The notes beneath the pieces were generated by a model. That model saw nothing but the letters and a program-made list of their open reading frames with translations. It made no database searches and was not told the origin of the DNA. DNA of 64,000 nt from Desulfatiglandales bacterium (lineage in GTDB: Bacteria > Desulfobacterota > DSM-4660 > Desulfatiglandales > HGW-15): the NCBI GenBank assembly GCA_963667015.2, contig CAXXJJ010000001.1:1408001-1472000 (forward strand), given 5' to 3'. Shown piece by piece: positions 20,157-28,860 of the stretch. Positions within the stretch are counted from its first letter, which is position 1; each line of letters opens with the position of its first letter. Made by a program: the position numbers and the translations under genes.

Positions 20157-20280
20157 TTAAAAATTAAATTGATTGATATTTGTCTCTAATAGGCTTATTA
20201 ATGCGTTGATATAAAAAGAATAAAAGCATAGTCTTTGGGTCTTATTAGACAATTCAGATATTGCAGAGGAAATATGTATC

Positions 20281-20913
20281 ATGCATCAGCAGAAAAAAAG
20301 AAAACTGGGAAAACAATCCAGAGAGGTAAGTGAAAAAACAAAAGAAACCATACTTAAGGCCGCACTTAAAGTCTTCGCCAGAGAAGGTTTTTATAATACC
20401 AAATTAAGAGAGATAGCCGACCTTACCGACACTACTCATAGTCTTATCAGACATCATTTCGGAACAAAATTTGATTTATATAAAGCGGCGGCAGATTACG
20501 GTTTAAATATTCATGAAGAAAGATTGCGAAGAGTTACTAAATTAAATAAATCGTCCAATCCTGTAGAGCTTTTCAAGGATTTTATAGCTTCTTATGTCTC
20601 TACTGTAGCTAAAAATCCTGAAGTTTCTAAAATAATAATGCACAATAACAACACTACCAGCCCTCTTTTTGACTATCTTATGGAAAGAAAGAAACAATTA
20701 AATGTAATAGTTGAACCGGTTTTCAGGGAAGTACAGAAGTGCGGATATTTTGAAGATTTTGATCATGACAGTTTTTTCGTATATTTACATGCACTGGTGG
20801 AAACCCCTATTGCCATGATGGATATGGCAAATGAACTGCTGGGGCAAAACTTACTCTCCAGAAAGGGTATTGCCATGCATACGGAACATGTATTGAGTTT
20901 CCTTTTTCCATGA
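20281..20913 (+). CDS. TetR-family regulator (copy B)
   Basis: 210 aa; about 36 substitutions relative to copy A by manual alignment, no gaps. Confidence 0.93.
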   Translation: MHQQKKRKLGKQSREVSEKTKETILKAALKVFAREGFYNTKLREIADLTDTTHSLIRHHFGTKFDLYKAAADYGLNIHEERLRRVTKLNKSSNPVELFKDFIASYVSTVAKNPEVSKIIMHNNNTTSPLFDYLMERKKQLNVIVEPVFREVQKCGYFEDFDHDSFFVYLHALVETPIAMMDMANELLGQNLLSRKGIAMHTEHVLSFLFP

Positions 20914-21185
20914 TATTGTGTATCTCCGATTGTCATATTCCATATTTTAGAAAGGGAGGATTATTTCATGCACCGAAGCCAATCTTTTATCTCTTTCTTT
21001 TTTCTTATAGTTGTTATCAAACTTAGTTATTACCCTCACGGCGATATGAAGGCCGAGAATGAAACGATAGCTTTTTTCGTGCGGTTTCACAATGGAAGCC
21101 CTGACAGGTTTTTGAATAATACATTTAATCTTTAATATATTTTTATTTAAGGAACATAAACCCAATTTAAGACAGGAGGATTTAC

Positions 21186-21815
21186 ATGGCTACACTGGAA
21201 GAACTGGAAGCAAGGCTTCAAAGGCTGCAGGACATCAAGGAGATTGAATATCTGCAAAATATTTTTGGCTACTACTGTGATTATTTTGAGTTTGATAAGG
21301 TAGTGGACCTGTTTTCGGATAATGCCGAGTCAGTTGAAGTTGCCGACCATGGTGTGTACAGGGGCAAGGAAGGTGTGCGGAAATTTTATATCGATCTTAT
21401 TCAGGGGGGAAAGGATAAAAAACCCAGGTTCGGCCTTCTATCAATTAATATGCAGATACAGGGTGTGGTAACTGTTAATCCTGATGGAAAAACAGCCAAA
21501 GGAAGATTTTATGGATTTATGGTAGAGGCAAAACCTACACTTTCCCTTCATGAGGGAGATCTTCGCGCCCTTTGGGGAAATGGTATCTACGAAAACGAAT
21601 ATGTAAAGGAAAATGGCAAATGGAAGTTCAGCAAACTCCACTTTTTCCTGAACTTCAGGACTCCATATGAAGACGGCTGGTTAAAAACTCCTGTGGTTGG
21701 GCATACCGGCCCTGATCCGGTTATAAAACCTGATGCCCCTCCGACAATATGGTCACCCTACCCATCCCTTTATAAGTTTCAGCCTCACTTTAAACACCCG
21801 ATAACAGGTGAGTGA
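21186..21815 (+). CDS. SnoaL/NTF2-like protein
   Basis: LQDIKEIEYLQ..FGYYCD, GKTAKGRF, YENEYVKENGKWKF, tail HPITG. Confidence 0.9.
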   Translation: MATLEELEARLQRLQDIKEIEYLQNIFGYYCDYFEFDKVVDLFSDNAESVEVADHGVYRGKEGVRKFYIDLIQGGKDKKPRFGLLSINMQIQGVVTVNPDGKTAKGRFYGFMVEAKPTLSLHEGDLRALWGNGIYENEYVKENGKWKFSKLHFFLNFRTPYEDGWLKTPVVGHTGPDPVIKPDAPPTIWSPYPSLYKFQPHFKHPITGE

Positions 21816-21863
21816 CAGGGAATTTATTAAACGCAGGCTATTAAAAAGAAAGGATGGCGTATT

Positions 21864-22472
21864 ATGAATCTTGAAGAACTTGAAAAGCAGGTAATCCTCC
21901 TTGAGGATATTCAGGAGATAGAACATTTACAGAAGATCTACGGCTACTATTTTGATACCCATAACTGGGCAAAGATTATAGACCTTTTTTCCGAAAATAC
22001 TGAGTCGGTTGAAGTTGCGGACCATGGCATCATGTATGGTAAAAAGGGCGTAAAAAAGCTCTACTGGGATGTTATTGCAGGTGGCGGCAGCAATAAATTC
22101 CCGCCCTGGGTTGAATTTATTATTACACAAATAGGCGGGGTAGTAACCGTGAATCCGGACGGTAAAACCGCACAGGCAAGGTTCCAGACTATGCTTTGTG
22201 AATCCAAGCAATATGGAGCCTATCCAAGGCAGGAATGGCTCCACGGATACTATGAAAATAAATATGTGAAGGAGAACGGAAAATGGCTGTTTTCCAAACT
22301 TCACTGGAATAATACTTTCTGCTCCCCCTTTGATTCCGGCTGGATTAATACACCACTCATGGGTTGGATGCCTGTTCCGGACGTGGACGGTCCACCAACG
22401 GCATTTCACCCGTATCCTTCCGGTTACAAGGTTCCATATACTTTTCCACACCCGATAACAGGGGAAAAGTAA
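21864..22472 (+). CDS. SnoaL/NTF2-like protein, tandem paralog
   Basis: LEDIQEIEHLQKIYGYYFD, ESVEVADHG shared with the previous gene, YENKYVKENGKW, HPITG. Confidence 0.9.
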   Translation: MNLEELEKQVILLEDIQEIEHLQKIYGYYFDTHNWAKIIDLFSENTESVEVADHGIMYGKKGVKKLYWDVIAGGGSNKFPPWVEFIITQIGGVVTVNPDGKTAQARFQTMLCESKQYGAYPRQEWLHGYYENKYVKENGKWLFSKLHWNNTFCSPFDSGWINTPLMGWMPVPDVDGPPTAFHPYPSGYKVPYTFPHPITGEK

Positions 22473-22485
22473 AAATATCGATTGA

Positions 22486-22523
22486 CTGAAGGGGACATTT
22501 GCATGCAAAGGGGTCCCCTTCAG
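22486..22523 (+). terminator. Stem-loop after the SnoaL pair
   Basis: ctgaaggggac...gtccccttcag 11-bp stem; no strong T-run. Confidence 0.5.
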
Positions 22524-22610
22524 ATATAACGGCGTTTAATACTCAATCTCAAAAAGCTCCTGAATCGTAAAGTCAGACATCATTCACAACATGGCCTGTA
22601 CAATATTATC

Positions 22611-22640
22611 TTGACACACAACCTCGACTACCCTTATAGT
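22611..22640 (+). promoter_or_regulatory. Sigma70 promoter for the ADH-MFS-MoaF-like operon
   Basis: TTGACA-N18-TATAGT. Confidence 0.55.
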
Positions 22641-22925
22641 TCCCCTAAGAAAACCCCAATCAAATAAAGAAACTTAAATCCTCATGCGGTATATAATTTA
22701 AACGAATCAACCGGCTGCCTGATAAAGGTTGCCGGGTTAATATGTGACAGTTATATTGTTGCCATAATCATTAAAAAATTCCGGTTTCTTAAGCTATTCC
22801 TGTAATCTCTATACACGCGCATTGATACCCCTCTTATTCATCCGGCCGGATTTAAAATATCCCAGAATATAATAACCCCTTAGCCAATATTTATTAGAAA
22901 CCAAACAAGGAAGGAGGATAAACAA

Positions 22926-24017
22926 ATGAAAGCTGCAGTCATGCGGGAATACGGAAAGCCTTTAACGATTGAGGATATAGAAATTGGGAAGCCTCAAGTC
23001 GGTGAAGTCAAGGTGAAAATCTCGGCTGTGGGACTGTGTCACACGGATATCTCTGTTTTTCACGGTGGATTTCCCCCACCCCTGCCGGTTGTTCTGGGAC
23101 ATGAGGGAGTTGGTGTGGTTGAAGAGGTCGGTGTCGGAGTGACTCGCTTACACCCGGGAGACAATGTATTATTTAACTCTTTAGTCTATTGCGGAGAGTG
23201 TTCCAATTGCGCGAAAGGATATTATGGTGCCTGTTTTATGAACGGTTTTTTTATGTTCGGGGGAACCATGCGGGATAACACCACAAGATTGAAAAAAGGT
23301 GATGAAGTTATCCACAGCTACTTTTGCCAGTCTTCCTTTGCAGAATACTCCATTACACACCAGGACTTTTTGATAAAAGTTCCCGGGGATTTAGATTTAA
23401 ACAAATTAACCCCCTTAACCTGCGGCGCTGCTTCGGGAATTGGTGCGGTTTTTAACAGGGCAAAGGTATGGCCGTCAGCCGAAGTAGCTGTACTGGGTTG
23501 CGGTGTTGTAGGTATGGGCGCTATCATGGCTGCCAGATTATCAGGAGCCGCAAAAATAATCGCAGTAGATGTTCTTGAACATAAGCTGAGTTTTGCCAGA
23601 GAATTCGGTGCTACTCACACTGTCAACGCGTCCAGAGACAATGTTGTCGATAGTATACGGCAAATTTCCGATGGCGGTGTGGATTTTGCCATCGAAGCAA
23701 TAGGTAAGGGTGAGACAATATCACAGAGTCTGGATGCAATTAAACCGGGCGGAACAGCGGTGGTAGTTGGTGCAGTGCCTTTCGGAGAAAAGGCGACAAT
23801 AGATCCAGTGCAGCTGGTTGGAGAAAAAACACTCATGGGTTCGATAATAGGCACATTAAAACCTCAATACGACATACCTAAATACATTGAACTATACAGG
23901 GCCGGACTGTTACCCGTAGATAAGTTAATACAGGCAGAATACCCGCTTGACAAGATAAACGAAGCTATTACAGCAGCCGAAAAAGGAGAATTTCTCAAGG
24001 CAATTATTAAGGTGTAG
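22926..24017 (+). CDS. Zn-dependent alcohol dehydrogenase (class III / aryl-alcohol dehydrogenase-like)
   Basis: GLCHTD, LGHEGVG, CGECSNC..C structural zinc site, GCGVVG. Confidence 0.93.
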   Translation: MKAAVMREYGKPLTIEDIEIGKPQVGEVKVKISAVGLCHTDISVFHGGFPPPLPVVLGHEGVGVVEEVGVGVTRLHPGDNVLFNSLVYCGECSNCAKGYYGACFMNGFFMFGGTMRDNTTRLKKGDEVIHSYFCQSSFAEYSITHQDFLIKVPGDLDLNKLTPLTCGAASGIGAVFNRAKVWPSAEVAVLGCGVVGMGAIMAARLSGAAKIIAVDVLEHKLSFAREFGATHTVNASRDNVVDSIRQISDGGVDFAIEAIGKGETISQSLDAIKPGGTAVVVGAVPFGEKATIDPVQLVGEKTLMGSIIGTLKPQYDIPKYIELYRAGLLPVDKLIQAEYPLDKINEAITAAEKGEFLKAIIKV

Positions 24018-24089
24018 GTTGAGCAGTAAACAGGTTTAATATTATTCATTTCTTTCCGGCGCTGGAAGAGCCAATATGGGGACAAGACA

Positions 24090-25379
24090 ATGAAATATTA
24101 TCAGAGACTGACACTTCTGTTTTGCTTGATGTTTGGCTTTATCGGAATTCAACGTGTTGTTATCAACGTTATCATACCGGTAATCAAAGAAGATTTAGGT
24201 TTTACTTTTACTCAACAGGGTATGATTGTTGCCATCAATGGATTAACCTGGGCCTTTGGCACATTTATCTTCGCAACAGTCGGGGACCGCTATGGTCGCC
24301 GTCCGGTAATCGTTATTTGTACCATCCTGTCGGGAATATTTTCGTGGGTAACCGGATTTGTACATACTGTAGGTCAACTTCTGGCGATCCGGGGATTTCT
24401 CGGGTTCTTTGAAGGAGGCCCATATCCATTGTCTATGGGAACAATATCAGAGGAAGCGCCGCCGGAGCGAAGAGCCATGCATGCCGGATTAATAACCGGA
24501 TGCTTCATGCTGATCGGTCTTGGCCTCGGTTCGCAGGCCGCAGGCTGGCTAATGGAAGGGTTCGGGTCCTGGCGCCCAGTATTTTATGTTGTATCGGCTC
24601 CTGCCCTCCTGGTCGGCATCCTTTTAATATTCATGATGCGGGAAGCTCCTTCGGTCGCAAAAGCTATTCAGATGCGGAAGGAAGGGCAAAAGATTCAGGA
24701 AACAGAGAAAGATGACCGGGTAAAAGTCTGGGACGCTCTCAGATACAGAAATGTAATGATTTCTTCAATCAACAGCATCCCTGTCATGGGATGGCTCTTT
24801 GTATTCACCGCGTTTGCATCTTCTTTTCTTGTCGATGTTCATAAATTTGACATAAAAAATATTGGCTTTATTATATCGGCTTCAGGTATAGGCGGATTTT
24901 TAGGGCAATTTATCCTGGGGGCTGTATCCGACACCATAGGGCGTAAAAAGGCACTTATTCTTACTGCCCTGTTATGTTCGGCGTTTGGTATTGCGGTTAC
25001 CGTGGTTCCGGTCGGGACTTCGGCCCTTGTTTTTGGGACACTTTTCTTTTTTTATGGATTATTCGGGGGAGGCATGTACCCCATGTACCTGTCAACACTG
25101 CCGGCAGAATCCGTTCCTCCAAGTATCGCCGCAACGGCCGTCGCCGTACCTACTGCAGTAGGTGAGATTCTGGGCTCTGCACTTATGCCGACAGTTGCAG
25201 GTAAACTGGCTGATATATTTAATCTGTTCGCTCCAATGTGGATGGCTGCTCTTGCCGGTATTTTTATTGCTTTCATCTCTCTATTTTATATTGAGACGGC
25301 ACCAAGGCAAGTGGCTAAGATGAAGAACAAACCCACCCGGGAAGATCACTTATTTAAAGTTTTCAGGTCAAACAATTAA
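24090..25379 (+). CDS. MFS transporter
   Basis: GDRYGRR and SDTIGRK motif A; about 12 TM segments. Confidence 0.92.
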   Translation: MKYYQRLTLLFCLMFGFIGIQRVVINVIIPVIKEDLGFTFTQQGMIVAINGLTWAFGTFIFATVGDRYGRRPVIVICTILSGIFSWVTGFVHTVGQLLAIRGFLGFFEGGPYPLSMGTISEEAPPERRAMHAGLITGCFMLIGLGLGSQAAGWLMEGFGSWRPVFYVVSAPALLVGILLIFMMREAPSVAKAIQMRKEGQKIQETEKDDRVKVWDALRYRNVMISSINSIPVMGWLFVFTAFASSFLVDVHKFDIKNIGFIISASGIGGFLGQFILGAVSDTIGRKKALILTALLCSAFGIAVTVVPVGTSALVFGTLFFFYGLFGGGMYPMYLSTLPAESVPPSIAATAVAVPTAVGEILGSALMPTVAGKLADIFNLFAPMWMAALAGIFIAFISLFYIETAPRQVAKMKNKPTREDHLFKVFRSNN

Positions 25380-25450
25380 ATGTTAATTTTCCATATTTAT
25401 CAGGCACTGAAGCTTTGCAATAATACATATTAATATAAAGGAGGAGAATC

Positions 25451-26239
25451 ATGTCTCAAAGAGAAGGTGAAACAGATTATAAGTATGAGGACTATGCTTC
25501 CGAAATGGCCACATACCGCAACCCTCAAACCGATGCGCTTGTAAAAAAGCAGATAAAGATTACACTGGATTCAGGTACAGTGTTTGACCTGAATTTTATC
25601 GAGAAAAATAAAGTTGAGTGGAAAAGCGGTGATGGAAGCGGGACGGACTGGTGTGAGGTCGTAGAAGTGGAGACGAATACATACTTCATTGATATGACTT
25701 TTGCCGATACTCCACGCCGGTCTCAGACATTCATCGTAAATACTGAATCCAGGCATGCGGTGGGAGTCCAGACCATCATACGCGAAGGTGATGTGGGGCG
25801 TGAACCCAGAGCAGTCCACAATTACGAGGCAGGCGTTCTCGGAAATCCATCCGATCCTCCATTTGGAAAGAAACCTGCGCCGACACGTGATCTTCACGGC
25901 CTGCGTGCCATCTATAAGTATAATACCAACCAGTGTTTCGAACATGTTTACATGACCCATGAACGTTATGCCTGGCATTGCGTGGTAGGACCGTTAAAGG
26001 GTCAGGCAGACGTGGAGATGTGCACAATATATAAATTTGATGACAACCAGTATATATTCAGCTGGCGTGAGTTCGGCCTGCCGGTTTCAACAGTTTTCTT
26101 TTATAACTGGAATCAGATGAAAACGACCGGAAAATTCTTCGCAATCGGGGATGACGGCAATGTAGCCAATACACCGGCTGCAGCACTTATCACCAAGCTG
26201 TCAATGGCTTTCTATCCGCTGGATGCTCAACCGCTCTAG
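25451..26239 (+). CDS. MoaF-family protein (two phenolic-acid-decarboxylase-like barrels)
   Basis: APTRDLHGLRAIYKY..FEHVY...YAWHCVVGPLKGQAD...YIFSWRE pattern. Confidence 0.75.
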   Translation: MSQREGETDYKYEDYASEMATYRNPQTDALVKKQIKITLDSGTVFDLNFIEKNKVEWKSGDGSGTDWCEVVEVETNTYFIDMTFADTPRRSQTFIVNTESRHAVGVQTIIREGDVGREPRAVHNYEAGVLGNPSDPPFGKKPAPTRDLHGLRAIYKYNTNQCFEHVYMTHERYAWHCVVGPLKGQADVEMCTIYKFDDNQYIFSWREFGLPVSTVFFYNWNQMKTTGKFFAIGDDGNVANTPAAALITKLSMAFYPLDAQPL

Positions 26240-26338
26240 CAGGAAGCAGGGGATGGGACGTTGTAGATAACCAGTGTTTGAGCAGGATAATCAGCAACGT
26301 CCCAATCTGCCAAAAATAAATTAGGGTAATTAATTATT

Positions 26339-26923
26339 TTACCAGCACGGATTTTTATCAGATCCGATCCATTCGGCCATCTGTTCATTGTAAATGCGGC
26401 GTTTGCTGAAGAGCCATTGCCCGTTCACTTTAACCATTTCATCCTCATAGTACCCGTAGGAGTCAAGCCCTGCCTTTCTCTCGGGGTTATTATTTCCCAT
26501 GTGAAACCAGTAGGCTCTTCCCACTGCTTTATCTCCATCTATTTTTATAACTATATTTGAGATGTTGTGGCGACCTGTAGCACGGTAAAGCGGTTTTTTG
26601 TCTTTTGACTCGGATGCATTCTTTGCTTCAGGGGTGTCTCCGCCTGCAGGAGGCATCATACTTCCAAGACCTTCTTTGATATTTTTCCGTCCCTGCCATT
26701 TCATACCTATGATATCCAGTATACCGTCCTCAGCGAATGTTGTTACAAAGGTGTCGAGGTCACCAAAATCCAGTGCAAACATATAACGTGCCTGGAGATT
26801 TTCGATCTGTGCACGGTCTTCTCCATAGCTGCCGGAACTGGTGCCTGCGGATGCATAGGATAAAATACCTACGAGCGATAAGGTTATAAGAGTGTAAAAT
26901 ACTTTTGTCGTCCATTTACTCAT
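26339..26923 (-). CDS. Exported SnoaL/NTF2-like protein
   Basis: Start MSKWTT with AGGAG RBS; signal peptide ending ASA-G; EDRAQIENLQARYMFALD, RHNISN, GYYEDEMVKVNGQWLF. Confidence 0.85.
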   Translation of the reverse strand: MSKWTTKVFYTLITLSLVGILSYASAGTSSGSYGEDRAQIENLQARYMFALDFGDLDTFVTTFAEDGILDIIGMKWQGRKNIKEGLGSMMPPAGGDTPEAKNASESKDKKPLYRATGRHNISNIVIKIDGDKAVGRAYWFHMGNNNPERKAGLDSYGYYEDEMVKVNGQWLFSKRRIYNEQMAEWIGSDKNPCW

Positions 26924-27072
26924 TTTAATTTTCTCCTGTCTGGTGAAGTTTACGATAAAATCTTTTATTATTAAAAGAGTCTGCCTCCTGGATCCTTTTA
27001 TTCGACACACAGGAATATCCTGTCGATTAATTCATCATTCGATGTTTGATTCCAGCCTTTTTAAACGTTTCA

Positions 27073-27786
27073 TTAAGGTCTTAAACCGGGTTCAGGAGTT
27101 ATTATGGGTTTTCCGGTTACAGGATGTTCACAATGAAATGGCAATACCTCATGCTCGGGCCACAGCAAAGGCTTAATTTCTGTCAATTCATCAGGACCAT
27201 ATGGATCATCCGGGTATGTTGTTGTCTTATTAGGAACAAAATGCGGAGGAGTATAGGCCCACCCGTTTTCATGTGTAGCGTGCCATACCGGGCGGTAATT
27301 GAGTACTTTAATTTTCCAGATTCCGTCAATCTTAACATAGGAGTTTTCATAGAGCGCACCTTCCCACCACTGGCTTGATGTTCCGGCTAAAGCCGGCCGT
27401 GGATCCTTTTCATAATGTGTTCCGGCCATCATCATGCAGCGGAATCTTGCATTCGCGGTTTTCCTGTCAGGTGCAACATCCACAACATCCTGCATCATGG
27501 GATGGTCAAGAAGAAAACCGAAGACAGGCCCGTTTTTACCACCTGTAAAACGCTGCCTGAAACCGTCACAGTAGGCACGACGTATCCCGGTTTTACCTTT
27601 GAACACTCCGCCGAAAAAATAAAACTCGCAATCATCAGCATAGCAATCCACTACTTCATCATACATACATTTATCAAGAAAGTAGCCATACAGATGATGC
27701 AGCCTTCTGACAGCATGCACATCCTCAAGTATCCCGAGTCTGGTTTCCAGTTCCTCAACCCGTTTTGCCAGATTTTCATCACTCAT
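27073..27786 (-). CDS. SnoaL/NTF2-like lyase, LdpA/LsdE-like
   Basis: RRLHHLYGYFLDKCMYDEVVD, FTGGKNGPVFGFLLDH, WWEGALYEN, PFHCEHPVTGK. Start taken at MSDEN with AGGAGG RBS. Confidence 0.8.
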   Translation of the reverse strand: MSDENLAKRVEELETRLGILEDVHAVRRLHHLYGYFLDKCMYDEVVDCYADDCEFYFFGGVFKGKTGIRRAYCDGFRQRFTGGKNGPVFGFLLDHPMMQDVVDVAPDRKTANARFRCMMMAGTHYEKDPRPALAGTSSQWWEGALYENSYVKIDGIWKIKVLNYRPVWHATHENGWAYTPPHFVPNKTTTYPDDPYGPDELTEIKPLLWPEHEVLPFHCEHPVTGKPIITPEPGLRP

Positions 27787-27833
27787 TATAAAGCCCCTCC
27801 TTTCCCGCAATGAATAGTTTATTGTATGAAAGC

Positions 27834-27916
27834 AGTATAATTATTTAAGAAATCCGTATCAAGGTTTTTTATAGCAAACTAAAATTATTGACCTGCATCA
27901 GGAAAATCAATATAAT
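27834..27916. promoter_or_regulatory. Back-to-back sigma70 promoters
   Basis: Minus strand TTGATA(27862)-N17-TATACT; plus strand TTGACC(27888)-N17-TATAAT. Confidence 0.7.
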
Positions 27917-27975
27917 TCAATCCCCATAAAAAATTATTTCTTATCAATTTTGAACCTTTATTCAGGAGATGCACC

Positions 27976-28623
27976 ATGGCAGCAACCCTGGAGCAACTGG
28001 CAGCGGAAGTCGAGGCACTGAAACAACAGGTCGAACCCGGCCGGCGCGCCATGGACGAACTCGAAATCCAAAAGGTGCAGTCCCTGTATTCCCACTACTA
28101 CCAGGTAGGCATGCGGTCGGAAGTAGCCTCCCTCTTCGCTCAGCACACGCCGGGTGTGACCATGGAGATAGAGGACAGCGGTGTCTACGAGGGTATTGAG
28201 AGCATCACCCGCTTCTGGAACACCGTCTTCGCCCGTGATACCCATTTTACGCCGGGATTCATGGCCGTTCACATGACCTGCAACCCGGTCATTGAGATAG
28301 ATAAAAACGGCACCACAGCCAGGGGTGTCTGGCACTCCCACGGTTTCTGCACGCTTCCCATGGGAGGCCCCATTCCATTCATCTGCGCAGGCAAGTACGA
28401 TATGGCCTACGTCAAAGAGGACGGGCAATGGAAGATTTTTACATTTTTGTACCGCCAGATTTTCATGTCCCCCTATCACCAGGGCTGGGTGGAAGCGCCG
28501 TCCGTGGGCAGCATCGCCGCCCACCCGGCCAACAGGCCGGATAAGCCCACGACATTCCATAAACCCTACACCCCGGACGCGGCCTATTTCCCGGTGCCTC
28601 CCCCTCCACAGCCGTTTGATTAA
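27976..28623 (+). CDS. SnoaL/NTF2-like protein, GC-rich
   Basis: DELEIQKVQSLYSHY, VHMTCNPVIEI, GKYDMAYVKEDGQWKI; AGGAG RBS. Confidence 0.88.
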   Translation: MAATLEQLAAEVEALKQQVEPGRRAMDELEIQKVQSLYSHYYQVGMRSEVASLFAQHTPGVTMEIEDSGVYEGIESITRFWNTVFARDTHFTPGFMAVHMTCNPVIEIDKNGTTARGVWHSHGFCTLPMGGPIPFICAGKYDMAYVKEDGQWKIFTFLYRQIFMSPYHQGWVEAPSVGSIAAHPANRPDKPTTFHKPYTPDAAYFPVPPPPQPFD

Positions 28624-28860
28624 AAAAAGTACGTTAATCAATTAATTAAGACACAATATTAAGCGTCTATAAATGTGTTGATGCACAAGTTTTATGTACC
28701 TATTCTCTCACAATTAAAGGAACCTAATGAAGGATTTACCGATATACAGCCTGTTACAGGATACTGCATTTTTAAATTATACCCTTGAGAAAAGTATTAT
28801 GATTGGACTATATTTATCTCTCAATTGCTTTAAATTCCAGAAAGGGGTTTATTAATAAAA

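Noticed and set aside
27958..28641. 227-aa minus-strand ORF
   Set aside because: Antisense shadow of the GC-rich SnoaL gene, which has the RBS, promoter and family motifs.
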